In this document: in pieces, positions 54,296 through 64,000 of the stretch | Layout: every line of letters starts with the position of its first letter | Position numbering within the stretch: position 1 is the stretch's first letter | Assembly: GCA_963771175.1 (NCBI GenBank) | Contig: CAVYSY010000003.1 | Span: 32,001-96,000 of the forward strand | Source of the DNA: an uncultured delta proteobacterium | GTDB lineage: Bacteria; Myxococcota; Myxococcia; Myxococcales; Myxococcaceae | Length of the DNA stretch: 64,000 nt | Reading direction: 5' to 3' | Notes under the pieces: generated by a model | Databases searched by the model: none | What the model saw: only the letters and a program-made list of their open reading frames with translations | What the model was told of the DNA's origin: nothing | Translations under genes and position numbers: made by a program

Positions 54296-55375
54296 CGCAG
54301 CAGCACCAGCTCGGCGCAGAAGCCCGGTCCCAGGGCCATCATCACGCCCCAGTCCCCGGGCTCGGCCTTGCCGGACTCCAACATGTCCCCCAGCACGAAG
54401 AGCACCGAGGCCGAGGACAGGTTGCCCACCTCGCGCAACGAGGCCCACGAGTGCTCCAGCATGTCCGGCGCCAGCTCCAGCGCCTCCTCGAAGGCCTGCA
54501 ACACCTTGGGGCCGCCGGTGTGCGCCACCCAGTGCTTCACGTCCTCGCGCGTGAGGCCGTGCTCGGCGAGGAAGCCGTCCACGTCCCGGCGGATGAACTC
54601 GCGCACGAGCTGCGGCACCTTCGCGGACAGCACCACCTTGAAGCCCGAGTCCACCACGTCCCAGCCCATGACGCGCTCGGTGTCCGGGTAGAGCACCGAG
54701 CGCGTGGCGACAATCCGCGGGCCGGACGAGGCCCCCGCCCGCTCGGCGCCCTGGAGCACCACGCACGCCGCGCCGTCCCCGAAGAGGCCCGAGGCGATGA
54801 TGTTGGGGATGGAGAGGTCCTCGCGCTGCAGCGTCAGCGAGCACAGCTCCACGGCGACGAGCAGCGCCGTCTGGTCCTTCCAGTACCGCAGGTAGTCCGA
54901 GGCCCGCGCCGTGCCCGCCGCGCCCGCCACGCACCCCAGCCCGAAGATGGGCGTGCGCTTCATGTCCGGCCGCATGCCCAGCCGGTTCATCAGCCGCGCG
55001 TCGATGCTCGGCGTGGCGATGCCCGTCACCGTGACGAAGTAGACATGGTCCACGTCCCGCGGGGACGAGCCCCGTCTTGTCCAGCGCCCGCCGCACCACC
55101 TGCGCGCCCAGCTCCAACGCCACTTGAATCCAGGCGTCATTGCGTTGCTGGAACGTGACGAGCGAGAGGTAGTGCTCGATGGGCAGCGCGAGGAAGCGCC
55201 CCTCCACCTTGACCGAGCGGTGCAGTTCCTCCAGCCGCTCGATGTTGAAGTGCCGGGTGGCCCACAGGTCTCGGAGGGCTCCGATGATCTGCTCCTGCGG
55301 GACGTAATGCGGAGGGAGCAGACGCTCCACCGCGCGGATGACGGGGGAAGAGTCCTGGTGGGCTGCGGAATTCAT
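54289..55375 (-). CDS. type III polyketide synthase (cluster B, FtpA/SrsA-like; frameshift near 55065)
   Basis: TVTGIATPSID, FGLGCVAG, VELCSL, LFGDGA, HTGGPKV, GNLSS, GPGFCAE. Confidence 0.93.
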
Positions 55376-55786
55376 CGGCGCCGTCCCTGATGGATGGTGG
55401 GAACGACGGTTAATCACCCGCCCGCGGCCGTGCGACCCGTGGGGAAGAGATTGACCGCGCCACGTCACTCCCCCATCGCCCACCTGATGGCTGGCCGACA
55501 TCTCGCGGCGAGTGCCACGCGGCCAGTGCCGGCTCGACAACAGGGCCGCACGCGCGGCCGAGGGCGGAGCGCGGACGCGGGCTCCCGGGTGGGCATCAAG
55601 CTGCCCCCGATGCCGGCGCTGGCGCTCACCGACGACGTGGCCGCGCGGGTGTATGGGAAGACGGAGGTGGGCGGACTTGGGCAGACATTTTCCACATGCG
55701 GGATAGATGAGAGGAACGCATCCGTCACCGGGTGGACTCCCGGGCCATGAACGTGGAGGGCACGCGGGTTGCTGAAGGGGCTCGGC

Positions 55787-56431
55787 ATGAAACGCGCCTT
55801 GCTGCTGTGTGCCCTCGTCGGTGGCCTCCTCCTCGGCTCGGAGGCCGAGGCCGCGCGCCGCGCCTCACCGGGGCGAAGCGCTCGGGCCTCCCTGTCACTC
55901 GCGAACCGGGCCGCGGCCCGCGCCTCCCTCTGGGTGGGGCTCCCCTCGCTGAAGCGAGTGAGTCGCTCGGTGAACGACGACTGCTCGGGGCTGGCCAACC
56001 TCGCCTATCGCAAGCCGGGCCTCAACCTGCTGCCCGAGCGCCCCCTCCCGGGAGAGGGCGGAGTCACCGCCATCCACCGCAAGGCGAGGAGCCTCGGCGC
56101 GCTGCGCAGCCGGCCACGCCCGGGAGACCTGGTCTTCTTCCGGGAGACGTATGACCGCAATCGCGATGGGCGGCGCAACGACGGGCTCACGCACATCGGC
56201 GTGGTGGAGCGCGTGGAGTCGGACGGCACGGTGACGTTCGTGCACCGCGCGGGTGGAGGCGTGAAGCGCTCGAAGCTGAACCTGCACCAGCCGAGCCTCC
56301 GCCGGGACGCGGAGGGCCGGGTGCTCAACGACTACCTGCGCCGCCCCGAGAAGGTGGCGCGGCCCCGGCTGGCCGGGGAGCTGCTCGTGGGTTTCGCCGC
56401 CGTGGACACGCGCTGGTTCACAGCGCTTTGA
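55787..56431 (+). CDS. NlpC/P60 (CHAP-like) secreted peptidase
   Basis: signal peptide; DCSGL, PGDLVFF, THIGVV, FVH. Confidence 0.85.
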   Translation: MKRALLLCALVGGLLLGSEAEAARRASPGRSARASLSLANRAAARASLWVGLPSLKRVSRSVNDDCSGLANLAYRKPGLNLLPERPLPGEGGVTAIHRKARSLGALRSRPRPGDLVFFRETYDRNRDGRRNDGLTHIGVVERVESDGTVTFVHRAGGGVKRSKLNLHQPSLRRDAEGRVLNDYLRRPEKVARPRLAGELLVGFAAVDTRWFTAL

Positions 56432-56503
56432 CAGGCGCCTCGTCGGACAGCTGGCCTCGGGAGTCGTGGACGCGTGGGCCCGACTGCGCTTCACTTCGCG
56501 GCG

Positions 56504-56881
56504 ATGACACCCCACGAAGCAGAGAAGGCCCTGGCGGAAACGGAAGTGGTGCCGTGCGTGGAGATGCCTCTCGCGGACGCCCGGAAGCTGGTGGAGGCGT
56601 GCCTCGCCGAAGGCGTGCCCGCGCTCGTCCACCGCGAGGCGTGCAGCAAGCCCTCGTGCTCCCCGAAGTTCCAGGTGCTCGTGCGTCCCGAGGACACCTC
56701 CCGGGTCGCGGGCCTTCTCCACCAGGGCTGGATGGACAGCCTCCACCGCGAGGGACTCGTCCCGGCTCAGCAGGCTCCGCAGGCGATGTCCGAGGACGGC
56801 GAGCCCCCGTGCCCCGCGTGCGGCACCGCCGCGCCCCTCGTCCAGGGAGCGTGCAGCGACTGCGGCCTGCAACTGGAGTGA
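56504..56881 (+). CDS. small protein with a C-terminal zinc ribbon
   Basis: CPACG...CSDCG. Confidence 0.75.
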   Translation: MTPHEAEKALAETEVVPCVEMPLADARKLVEACLAEGVPALVHREACSKPSCSPKFQVLVRPEDTSRVAGLLHQGWMDSLHREGLVPAQQAPQAMSEDGEPPCPACGTAAPLVQGACSDCGLQLE

Positions 56882-56903
56882 GCCGGCCGCTCGCGGGCCG
56901 TGG

Positions 56904-57806
56904 CTACTGGCTGCTGGAGGAGGGCGGCGTCACCGGCGGCGGGCGCTGCACCACCTTGGCGGAGGGCGCCGTCACGGGCTCGAGCAGGGAGAGGTCGGCC
57001 ACCACCGGGTAGTGGTCGGACGCGCGCACGCGCAGCACCCGGCTGCTCTTCGGCATGAATTGGTCACTCGCCATCACATAGTCGATGCGCAGGTTGGGGA
57101 TGATGGGCAGCGGATAGGTGTCCGAGGCCCCCTGGCCGCGCAGGGCGAACACGTCCATCAGCTCGCGCCGGAAGAGCCGCACGGAGCGCGAGTCGGGCGT
57201 GTCATTCATGTCGCCCATCAGCAGCTTGGGCCGCGGGTCCTTCTCCATCAGCGCCATGATGGCCGCGCTCTGGCGTACGCGGACCGCGCTGTTGAAGGGG
57301 CGCCGGGTGAGGTGGGTGACGTAGACGCTCACCTCCTGCCCGTTCACCTTCATGAGGACGCGGGCCACGGTGCGCGGCTCGGCACCCGCCTCCACGGGCA
57401 GCGGGTGCTGCTCCACGGACACCAGCGGGAAGCGCGAGATGAGCCCCACACCGTAGTCACCGCCGTGCATGCCGGTGGTTCGGAAGTGGGCGTGATAGGG
57501 CAGCCCCGTGCGCTGGGCCAGCACCGCGGGCTGATCCAACCCATCGGCGCGCCGCGTGCGGACGTCGACCTCCTGGAGGGCGACGATGTCGGGCGCAACC
57601 GAGCGAATGGTCTCGGCCACCTTGTCCAACCCGTGGCGGCCGGACTGGATGTTGAAGGTCATCACCCGGAGGTCTCCCTCGACACGCGAGGCCGAGGGCT
57701 CCGAAGCCGCGTTGGCCCGGAGGGAGGGAGTTGATGCACACGCGACGGAGGTCGCGAGGAACAGGCCGGCGAGGAGTCGGACGAGGTGCATGAAGAGGAG
57801 ATCCAT
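56904..57806 (-). CDS. endonuclease/exonuclease/phosphatase-family lipoprotein
   Basis: VMTFNI, DIVALQEVD, THL, GDMN, RIDY, SDHYP; N-terminal ..SVAC lipobox-like. Confidence 0.9.
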   Translation of the reverse strand: MDLLFMHLVRLLAGLFLATSVACASTPSLRANAASEPSASRVEGDLRVMTFNIQSGRHGLDKVAETIRSVAPDIVALQEVDVRTRRADGLDQPAVLAQRTGLPYHAHFRTTGMHGGDYGVGLISRFPLVSVEQHPLPVEAGAEPRTVARVLMKVNGQEVSVYVTHLTRRPFNSAVRVRQSAAIMALMEKDPRPKLLMGDMNDTPDSRSVRLFRRELMDVFALRGQGASDTYPLPIIPNLRIDYVMASDQFMPKSSRVLRVRASDHYPVVADLSLLEPVTAPSAKVVQRPPPVTPPSSSSQ

Positions 57807-57886
57807 GATGGCACCACTCAGCACGACCGTCCCACCACCCCTCCCGAGCCAGCCCGGAGAGCAACCGGGCAGCCGACGTGGAGAGG

Positions 57887-59227
57887 TCAGCAGCGGTGCC
57901 GCTCGGCCTCGCGGTAGAGCTGAGTGAGGGAGTAGTCCAGGAGCGACTGGCGGGAGCGCATGTAATGTTGGGCCCGAGCAAAGGGTAGCCAGACGCGAGT
58001 GCCCACGAGCACCTGCGCTTCCTCGAGCTTCTGGCGCGGAATCCACTGTCCACCCAGGTTGCGCACCAGCACCTCGCCCAGGTACGCGCCCACCGCGGGC
58101 ACCGCGTGCGCGTCGATGGCTTCTCGCAGGCGGCTCTTCGGGAACTCCTCGCGCCAGAAGTAGAAGTCGGCGTCCGTGAGCGACTCGGGGGTCTCCTTGA
58201 AGACCGAGGGCACCTCGGTGTGCAGCAGCGCCACGAGGCGCTCGGAGAGGTAGCCGTAATGCTCGAGCGCGCGCGCCGGGTCCTCCACGTCGGAAGGCAG
58301 CGCGGCGTCGGCGGGGAGCCACTCCTCGGGCTCGGGCGGCCGCCACGCGTTGAACTCGGCGATCTTCCGCTGGCGCTCGCTGATGGCGACCCGGTCCACC
58401 ACGCGCGAGAGGAGCGGCGCCAGCTCCGGGGGAAAGCGGGGCTCCACGGGGGCGAGCGCGGCACTGCGCTCGCGCAGGGTGCGCAGCACGGTGTCGAAGT
58501 CGAGGTCCGGCCGGAGGTGGGCGTGCGCGCGGGCCTGGGCCACTCGCGCCTCGTCGCTGGCGAAGTCCGCCGCCGTGGGCCACGTCACCAGGAGGACGGA
58601 GCCGGTGGGTAATTCCTCCACCCGCCAGGCCGGCGTGGACAGCATGCGCTCGCGGCCGACGAGCTCCACCAGCTTCGGACCGAAGACGTTGAGCCAGGAC
58701 AGCTCGTAGATTTTGTCGAAACCGTTTCGAATCGCGGTCTGCATATCGCGGCCGAACCAGGGAGCGCCCGACAACTGGTCCTCAGCCAGGCTGTTGGCCT
58801 CAGCGTGGGTGACCGGATAGTGGGAGGCCCAGGCGCGCACCATGTCCACGAATTCGCGGCAGCGCTCCGCACTCGAAAAGCAGGAGAGCGGCTGGACAGA
58901 GAGCCCCATGCGCAATTTGGGAGGGAGCGGCGGGAAATAGAGACTGAGCGACATGTCCAACGCGGGCCACTTCGTGCGGTAGAGCCCGAGGCCCGTGCTG
59001 TTCTCATCTCGCCGCTCCGCCAGCCCCTTCCAGAAGGAAGGGCGGGAGTATTTGCGTTGGCGCTTGCCCTGGATGACATCCGGCATCCACTCGCCCGAGA
59101 ACTCCTCGAGTGCCTGCAGGAAGGGCTCCAGCTCGCGTTCCAGCGGGGCTCGTTGGTCGAAGGTCCCTTTGAAGGAGAAGGTGAGACTGTCCTCCGGCTT
59201 CAAGTCATGAAATTCCAGCACCTTCAT
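57887..59227 (-). CDS. hypothetical protein, probable cognate immunity protein
   Basis: 446 aa; ATGA-coupled to the upstream toxin-like gene; WLNVFGP..VGRERMLSTPA..VEELP motif resembles myxobacterial immunity families. Confidence 0.7.
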   Translation of the reverse strand: MKVLEFHDLKPEDSLTFSFKGTFDQRAPLERELEPFLQALEEFSGEWMPDVIQGKRQRKYSRPSFWKGLAERRDENSTGLGLYRTKWPALDMSLSLYFPPLPPKLRMGLSVQPLSCFSSAERCREFVDMVRAWASHYPVTHAEANSLAEDQLSGAPWFGRDMQTAIRNGFDKIYELSWLNVFGPKLVELVGRERMLSTPAWRVEELPTGSVLLVTWPTAADFASDEARVAQARAHAHLRPDLDFDTVLRTLRERSAALAPVEPRFPPELAPLLSRVVDRVAISERQRKIAEFNAWRPPEPEEWLPADAALPSDVEDPARALEHYGYLSERLVALLHTEVPSVFKETPESLTDADFYFWREEFPKSRLREAIDAHAVPAVGAYLGEVLVRNLGGQWIPRQKLEEAQVLVGTRVWLPFARAQHYMRSRQSLLDYSLTQLYREAERHRC

Positions 59228-61461
59228 TGGAACAGCACCTCCACCCCCTGGACCTTGTTCTGAGCTTCTTCCAATGCCGCAGCCAACGTGGCTGGCTTTC
59301 TGGGCTTGAGTTCACCGCCTTCGTAGATGAGGCGGACCCTGTGAACCAGCACCTGCTTGTCGAGAAGTTCCAGAGTGGGCCGACGGATGTTCAGCGTCTC
59401 GCCGTAATACCGCAGAGCCTCGCGCGCGTCCGCCTTCACCTGTGCCTTCAAGGGACCTTCCTTCAGCAACGAGAGGTCTCGGCTCTTGAAGCTGAACGTC
59501 TCCACGCGAGGGAGCGGGCCGGAGAGCGAGCCCTCCTCGATGATGAGCACATCCGCGAAGCGCAGGCCGGTGCCAGGTTTCTTCACGCCCACATACGTCT
59601 CGATGCGCGGGTTGTCGAAGTCTCCCAAGAAGCGGCGCTGCGCCTTGGGAAGGGCCGCATCCGCGCGCAGCAGCTCCACCATGGCGCGCTCGAAGGCCAG
59701 CCCTCGGGCGAATTGCCCGCGCATTGGTTCGTAGCCCGCCCATGATAGGGGCGGCTTCACCACCTTGCCTTGCTTCAGCTCGGCGAGTCGGCTCTCCCAA
59801 TAGGCAACGTACTCACGCCAGAGCGGGTGACCCTGAGCACCCAGCGGAGGGACGTCGAGGGAAGGGCGTTGTTTCTCCAGCACCGCCACGTTCCCGGACA
59901 GGCGCGGGCCCCCGGAGTCGAGCTCCACCTGCAACAGCTTGGCCTCCACCACCTCCGGGGTCAGGCCCGCCGGCTCGTCCACCAGGGTGGACACGGCACC
60001 GGGGTGCTTCCCGGCACCACGCAGCTTCGCGGTGGGCCCCGCCTGCTGGGGCCTTGCTCGTGACAGCCACACCTGCGCCTTCGCCACATCGCCCCGGGCT
60101 TCGTAGAGGGCCACGGCGGCATCCGGTCCCCCCACGGACACGAGGCGGCCCGCCTCCCGGTTGGCCTGGATGTACCGGGCCAGCTCGTCCAGGGCCTCCC
60201 CACCCAGCCGCGCTTCCAAGTGCGTCACCACCTCCGTCAGCTTCGAGCGCAGCTCCGGTAGTTGGAGTCGCCGCACGCCGCCCGTCCCGGCGCCCGGGGC
60301 CACCCACGTGCCGCCCGCGTACAGGGCCACCAGCAGCGCCGCGGGCGTCAGCTCGCGGGCCGCCTGCTCGTACTGGCCTCGGGACAGGGAGTGCACCCCC
60401 CGGCCCGTCCCGACCGCCAGATGGTAGAAGCCCAGCGGTACGCCGAACGTCAGCGTGTCGAAACTCCCCAGCGCCACGTTGCCCGGCGAGAAGGACCGCA
60501 AGCGCTCCACCCGCTCCACCTCGTCGAGGGCCTGCTGGTAGGGAGGCGGCAGGTGCCCTCGCTGCGCGGAGAACTTCGTGGCCCGGGCATTCCTGGCCTC
60601 ATGGGGAGTGAAGGCTTCGCCCAGGGCCGTCACCACTCCGCGGGCCCCGTCCTCGAGCGGGCGCTCGGGGCGGTCCTCATACGCCTCGAGGTTCAGCCCC
60701 CGCCGCGCCAACGCCTCGCGGGCGGCGCCCATCTTCCCCAACGTCTCCCCCAGCCGCCTGTCCCCGGCCAGCAACCGCAGCACCGCTCCCAGCTCGTCGC
60801 CAAAGGCCGAGTGGATGAGGAAGAGGGCGAACACCTCGCCCTCGGCGGGGCCACGCTCGCGGGTGACCTGGACGAGGAAGGAGGCCCGCTTGCGATTGAG
60901 GACTTCGGCGGCGTCTTCACGCACGGGCCCCAGTGCGCCGAGCCGGACGGCGGACCAGTCGTCCAACGCTTCCACCAGCCGGGGCATGTCCACCCCTTGC
61001 TGCACCTCGACGAACTCCGAGGGTGAGCACGCCAGCACTGGGGCGAGCAGCTCCTCATCGCTGGAGGACAGGTCGGGCCAGCCTGGGGGCACGGCCACGC
61101 CTCCGCAGGAGAGAGGAGCCACCGGTGAGCCCTCTCCCCTGCCCTCCCAGGGCGCCTCCGCCAGTTCCTCGTTCTCGACGACGACGAGGAGCGGAGCTGT
61201 CTCGAGCGGCGTCCCGCCCAAGCGAGCGGTGTCCGCATCCTGCCCGGGGAAGCCGCCCGCCCCTCCCGCCGTCTCCGCCCAAGCGGCGTCCGGCTGTCGA
61301 GAGCCGGAGCGGAACGAGTCGGGCCGGGAGTGGAGGCCAAAGCCGCTCGTCAGACTCCCGCGTGGGGAGCCTGTCGCGCAGCCTCCGAGGAGCATCAGCG
61401 CGGCCAGGGCCAGCGGAAACGAGCCGAGCCGCCACCCGGTCCCACGGACAGGGATTTTCAC
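59224..61461 (-). CDS. lipoprotein with a C-terminal PD-(D/E)XK-like nuclease domain (putative polymorphic toxin)
   Basis: LLGGCATG lipobox; C-terminal GLAFE...RFADVLII...ETFSFKSR; GTG start inferred. Confidence 0.7.
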   Translation of the reverse strand: MKIPVRGTGWRLGSFPLALAALMLLGGCATGSPRGSLTSGFGLHSRPDSFRSGSRQPDAAWAETAGGAGGFPGQDADTARLGGTPLETAPLLVVVENEELAEAPWEGRGEGSPVAPLSCGGVAVPPGWPDLSSSDEELLAPVLACSPSEFVEVQQGVDMPRLVEALDDWSAVRLGALGPVREDAAEVLNRKRASFLVQVTRERGPAEGEVFALFLIHSAFGDELGAVLRLLAGDRRLGETLGKMGAAREALARRGLNLEAYEDRPERPLEDGARGVVTALGEAFTPHEARNARATKFSAQRGHLPPPYQQALDEVERVERLRSFSPGNVALGSFDTLTFGVPLGFYHLAVGTGRGVHSLSRGQYEQAARELTPAALLVALYAGGTWVAPGAGTGGVRRLQLPELRSKLTEVVTHLEARLGGEALDELARYIQANREAGRLVSVGGPDAAVALYEARGDVAKAQVWLSRARPQQAGPTAKLRGAGKHPGAVSTLVDEPAGLTPEVVEAKLLQVELDSGGPRLSGNVAVLEKQRPSLDVPPLGAQGHPLWREYVAYWESRLAELKQGKVVKPPLSWAGYEPMRGQFARGLAFERAMVELLRADAALPKAQRRFLGDFDNPRIETYVGVKKPGTGLRFADVLIIEEGSLSGPLPRVETFSFKSRDLSLLKEGPLKAQVKADAREALRYYGETLNIRRPTLELLDKQVLVHRVRLIYEGGELKPRKPATLAAALEEAQNKVQGVEVLFQ

Positions 61462-61590
61462 GCCGGGCCCGCGCGCCGCAGCAGCAGGCACGCCTCGTCG
61501 CGCAGTTGGGCGAGCGCGTGCCGCACCGTGGCCCAGACGAGGTTGGTCAGGCGCCGGGGCTCGAAGCCGGGAGCGCGCGGCGCCGAGCGC

Positions 61591-62265
61591 CTAGAGCCAC
61601 GCGAAGGCATCGCGCATCGCCTCCCGGCCCCCGCGCTCCACCACCTGGCCATGACACGGCACCACCCGCTCGAAGTCCCACTGGAGGACGCGGTCCCTCC
61701 AGGCGCGCAGCGCGGCCCGGTCCTTCACCATGGACTTCACCAGCTTCGTGGCCCCGAGCCGTCCATACACCCCGCTCCACTTCAGGTACGTGCGCGTCAG
61801 CCACGAGGGCGAGTCGTGGATGTTGAAGGCCAGGTCCGTGAGCAGCAGCGTGCGGCTGGGGCGGTGCAGGAAGACGAACTCCTCCAGCTTGGGAATGCCG
61901 TGCGCCAGGAGCTGCTCGAGGGTGGGCGACTGGCCCACGTCCATCACGTCCGACAGCTCCACGTCGATGCGCAGGTCCGGCCGCTTCTCGCGCAGCCCCG
62001 CGGGCGCGAGCACCTTCGCCGACGGGTACGCGGCGGCCCAGTCCCCGAGCGACAGGTGGTGCATGGTGTTGGGCGCCACCAGGAAGCGCACCGGCCCCAC
62101 CGCGTCCACCGCGCTCCTCACGGCCGCGTCCAGCTTCACCGGCGAGTGCAGCCACAGGCCCCCCTCCGGCAGGCGCACCACCGTCATCCTCCCGCCCAGG
62201 TCCATGCCGGCGAGGCGGAAGGGGACATCCAGGACGAAGAGGTCATCCGTCAGGGGACGCAACAT
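61591..62265 (-). CDS. DUF4336-family protein (metallo-beta-lactamase-like fold)
   Basis: RMTVVRL..GGLWLHSP, LVAPNTMHH, EFVFLH..SRTLLLTD, WDFERVVPCHG. Confidence 0.85.
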   Translation of the reverse strand: MLRPLTDDLFVLDVPFRLAGMDLGGRMTVVRLPEGGLWLHSPVKLDAAVRSAVDAVGPVRFLVAPNTMHHLSLGDWAAAYPSAKVLAPAGLREKRPDLRIDVELSDVMDVGQSPTLEQLLAHGIPKLEEFVFLHRPSRTLLLTDLAFNIHDSPSWLTRTYLKWSGVYGRLGATKLVKSMVKDRAALRAWRDRVLQWDFERVVPCHGQVVERGGREAMRDAFAWL

Positions 62266-62446
62266 GGCGGGGTTCCTCCGTTTTCAACCCACACACAAAA
62301 AACCAACCCTTGGTCAGAAATCTTGCCAGCACTCTTCCTCGGAGGGTGGTTCTCCTTGCTCCCAGATAGGCTTGGATTCCATAGTTGACAGGGTTGCTAC
62401 CGCAACCGCCGCGCAGCACCGCCCCGAGTGGCTCAGGAGAATCGCC

Positions 62447-62659
62447 ATGAAGAAGGATACGAAGCAGGGCAAGAAGCCGTTCTTCGCGCGCTTGCTGGAG
62501 ACGCAGGAGCTGGAGCACGTGGTGGGCGGTAGGCCGATGAGCGCCGACGCCACCAACAAGTACCCCTCGGACTCGGATGAGGTCGCCATGCCGGTGGTGG
62601 GCCCGAACGGCGCCGACACCACCCACAAGTTCCCCTCGGATAGCGACGAGGCTCTGTAG
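62447..62659 (+). CDS. microviridin-type graspetide precursor with two cores
   Basis: AGGAG ribosome-binding site; leader KPFFARLLE...VVGG; cores TNKYPSDSDE and THKFPSDSDE. Confidence 0.92.
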   Translation: MKKDTKQGKKPFFARLLETQELEHVVGGRPMSADATNKYPSDSDEVAMPVVGPNGADTTHKFPSDSDEAL

Positions 62660-62679
62660 TACCCCGGGCCCCCGGTTCC

Positions 62680-63676
62680 ATGCCCTCCGCCCGCGACACC
62701 GTCCTGCTCCTCACCCACAGCGGCGACCACTACACGGTCGACCGGGTGGCGGAGGAGCTGTCGCGGCGGGGGGCCCGTCCGCTGCGCGTCAACACGGATG
62801 AGTTCCCGTCGACGCTGGAGCTGACGTCGGCGCTGGGCTCCGAGGGCAGTGAGGTGGTGCTGCGCACGGCGGCCGGAGCGCTGCACGCGGAGGAGGTCCA
62901 GTCCGTGTGGCTGCGCCGGTTGGTGCCGCCCCGCCTGGATGAGGAGCTGGAGCCCTCCTACCGCGATGGCTGCCTGCGCGAGTCGCAGGCGGCGCTCGAA
63001 GGCTTTCTCGATGGGCTGACGGAGGCGGGCTGCCGCTTCGTCAACCCGCTCGAGGCGGATCGCGACGGCGAACAACAAGCTGCGCCAGCTCCGGTTGGCC
63101 CGCGCCATGGGTCTGGAGGTGCCGCGCACCCTCGTCACCAATGACGAGGCGCGGGTGCGGTCCTTCTTCGAGCAGGTGCGGGGCCGCATGGTGGCCAAGA
63201 TGCAAACCCCGCTGACTCAGTCCATGCAGGGGGGGAACCCCTTCGTCTACACGACGGCGATCGGCCCCGAGCACCTCGAGGAGCTCGACGGGCTGCGCTA
63301 CAGCCCCATGGTGTTCCAGGAGCGCCTCGACAAGGCGCGCGAGCTGCGGGTGGCCGTGGTGGCCGGGCGCTGCCTGGTGGGGGCCATCGACGCCTCGCGC
63401 TCGGTGGCGGGACAGGTGGACTGGCGGCGGTCCCGGCCGGACGAGGTCCGCTGGGAGCCCGGCGAGCTGCCGGCGGACGTGGCCGAGCGCCTGGGACGCC
63501 TGATGGAGTCGCTGGACCTGGTGTACGGCGCCGTGGACTTCATCGTCACACCCGAGGGCCGACACGTCTTCCTGGAGGTGAACCCCGGGGGCGAGTGGGG
63601 AATGCTCGAGCGAGAGCTCGGTCTGCCCATCGCCGCGGCCCTGGCCGAGGCGCTCGTGGCCGGCGGCTCCCTCTGA
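62680..63676 (+). CDS. mvdC: MvdC/MdnB-like ATP-grasp peptide maturase (frameshift near 63065)
   Basis: VLLLTHSGDHYTVDRVAEEL, VWLRR, PMVFQE..ELRV, DWRR, FLEVNPGGEWGMLE. Confidence 0.88.
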
Positions 63677-63696
63677 CGGCATTCGCGGGAAAGTCC

Positions 63697-64000
63697 ATGG
63701 CCATCCTCCTCGTCACGCACTCCAAGGACAACCAGGCGCCCCTCTCCGTGGCACGCGCCCTCGAGGCTCGCGGCGAGCGGGTGTACCGGTTCGACACGGA
63801 CCTGTTCCCCACCCGGCTCCAGCTCGCGCTCGACGAGGGCGGCGGCGGGCGGCTCTCCGGGCCGGCGGGCGTGCTCGAGCTGTCGGACGTCACCGCCGTC
63901 TGGTACCGCCGCAACTCGACGGGGGCGGGCATCCCCCAGGACCTGGAGCCGCAGCTCCGTCAGCCCTCGGTGGAGGAGAGCCGGCGTCTGGTGTTCGGGA
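63697..64000 (+). CDS. mvdD: MvdD/MdnC-like ATP-grasp peptide maturase (runs off the window edge)
   Basis: MAILLVTHSKDN...RFDTDLFPT...TAVWYRR. Confidence 0.85.
   Translation, partial: MAILLVTHSKDNQAPLSVARALEARGERVYRFDTDLFPTRLQLALDEGGGGRLSGPAGVLELSDVTAVWYRRNSTGAGIPQDLEPQLRQPSVEESRRLVFG

Noticed and set aside
62385..62415. Sigma70 promoter for the graspetide precursor
   Set aside because: TTGACA is present at 62385-62390, but there is no credible -10 element at 16-18 bp spacing.

Overview
High-GC window from a myxobacterium, probably Archangium/Cystobacter-like. That call rests on gene content: a PilZ-Hsp70 fusion, Imm52 and a Tox-REase-5 remnant, many lipoproteins, and TonB-fused receptors. 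In order, it holds: an OprO/P-type porin and a sulfate ABC operon (sbp-cysT-cysW-cysA); cobT and a MarR regulator; a DUF4175-like protein and a TPR peptidase; a GT-C glycosyltransferase; a toxin/immunity islet; PilZ-Hsp70; moxR-DUF58-BatA/vWA-nagZ; three Gly-rich lipoproteins; bcp; a Ni/Co permease; a response regulator; an O-methyltransferase; a UbiA-DprE1-DprE2-like operon; an MCP; two separate ACP/type III PKS/FAAL clusters flanking four pappalysin/ulilysin-family proteases and a TonB receptor; a lipoprotein nuclease toxin with a candidate immunity gene; and the start of a microviridin-type graspetide cluster. Many genes carry frameshifts that look like assembly errors, so their coordinates are reconstructed by eye. 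The strongest candidate for an undescribed system is the sulfur-uptake control region. An 18-bp palindrome lies exactly 6 bp upstream of TTGACA at both the porin and sbp promoters. In front of sbp it is followed by a nearly leaderless 26-codon Cys-Arg-Cys peptide, an antiterminator/terminator pair and a hairpin hiding the ribosome-binding site, consistent with a cysteine-sensing attenuator. All family assignments come from motif recognition, not database searches.
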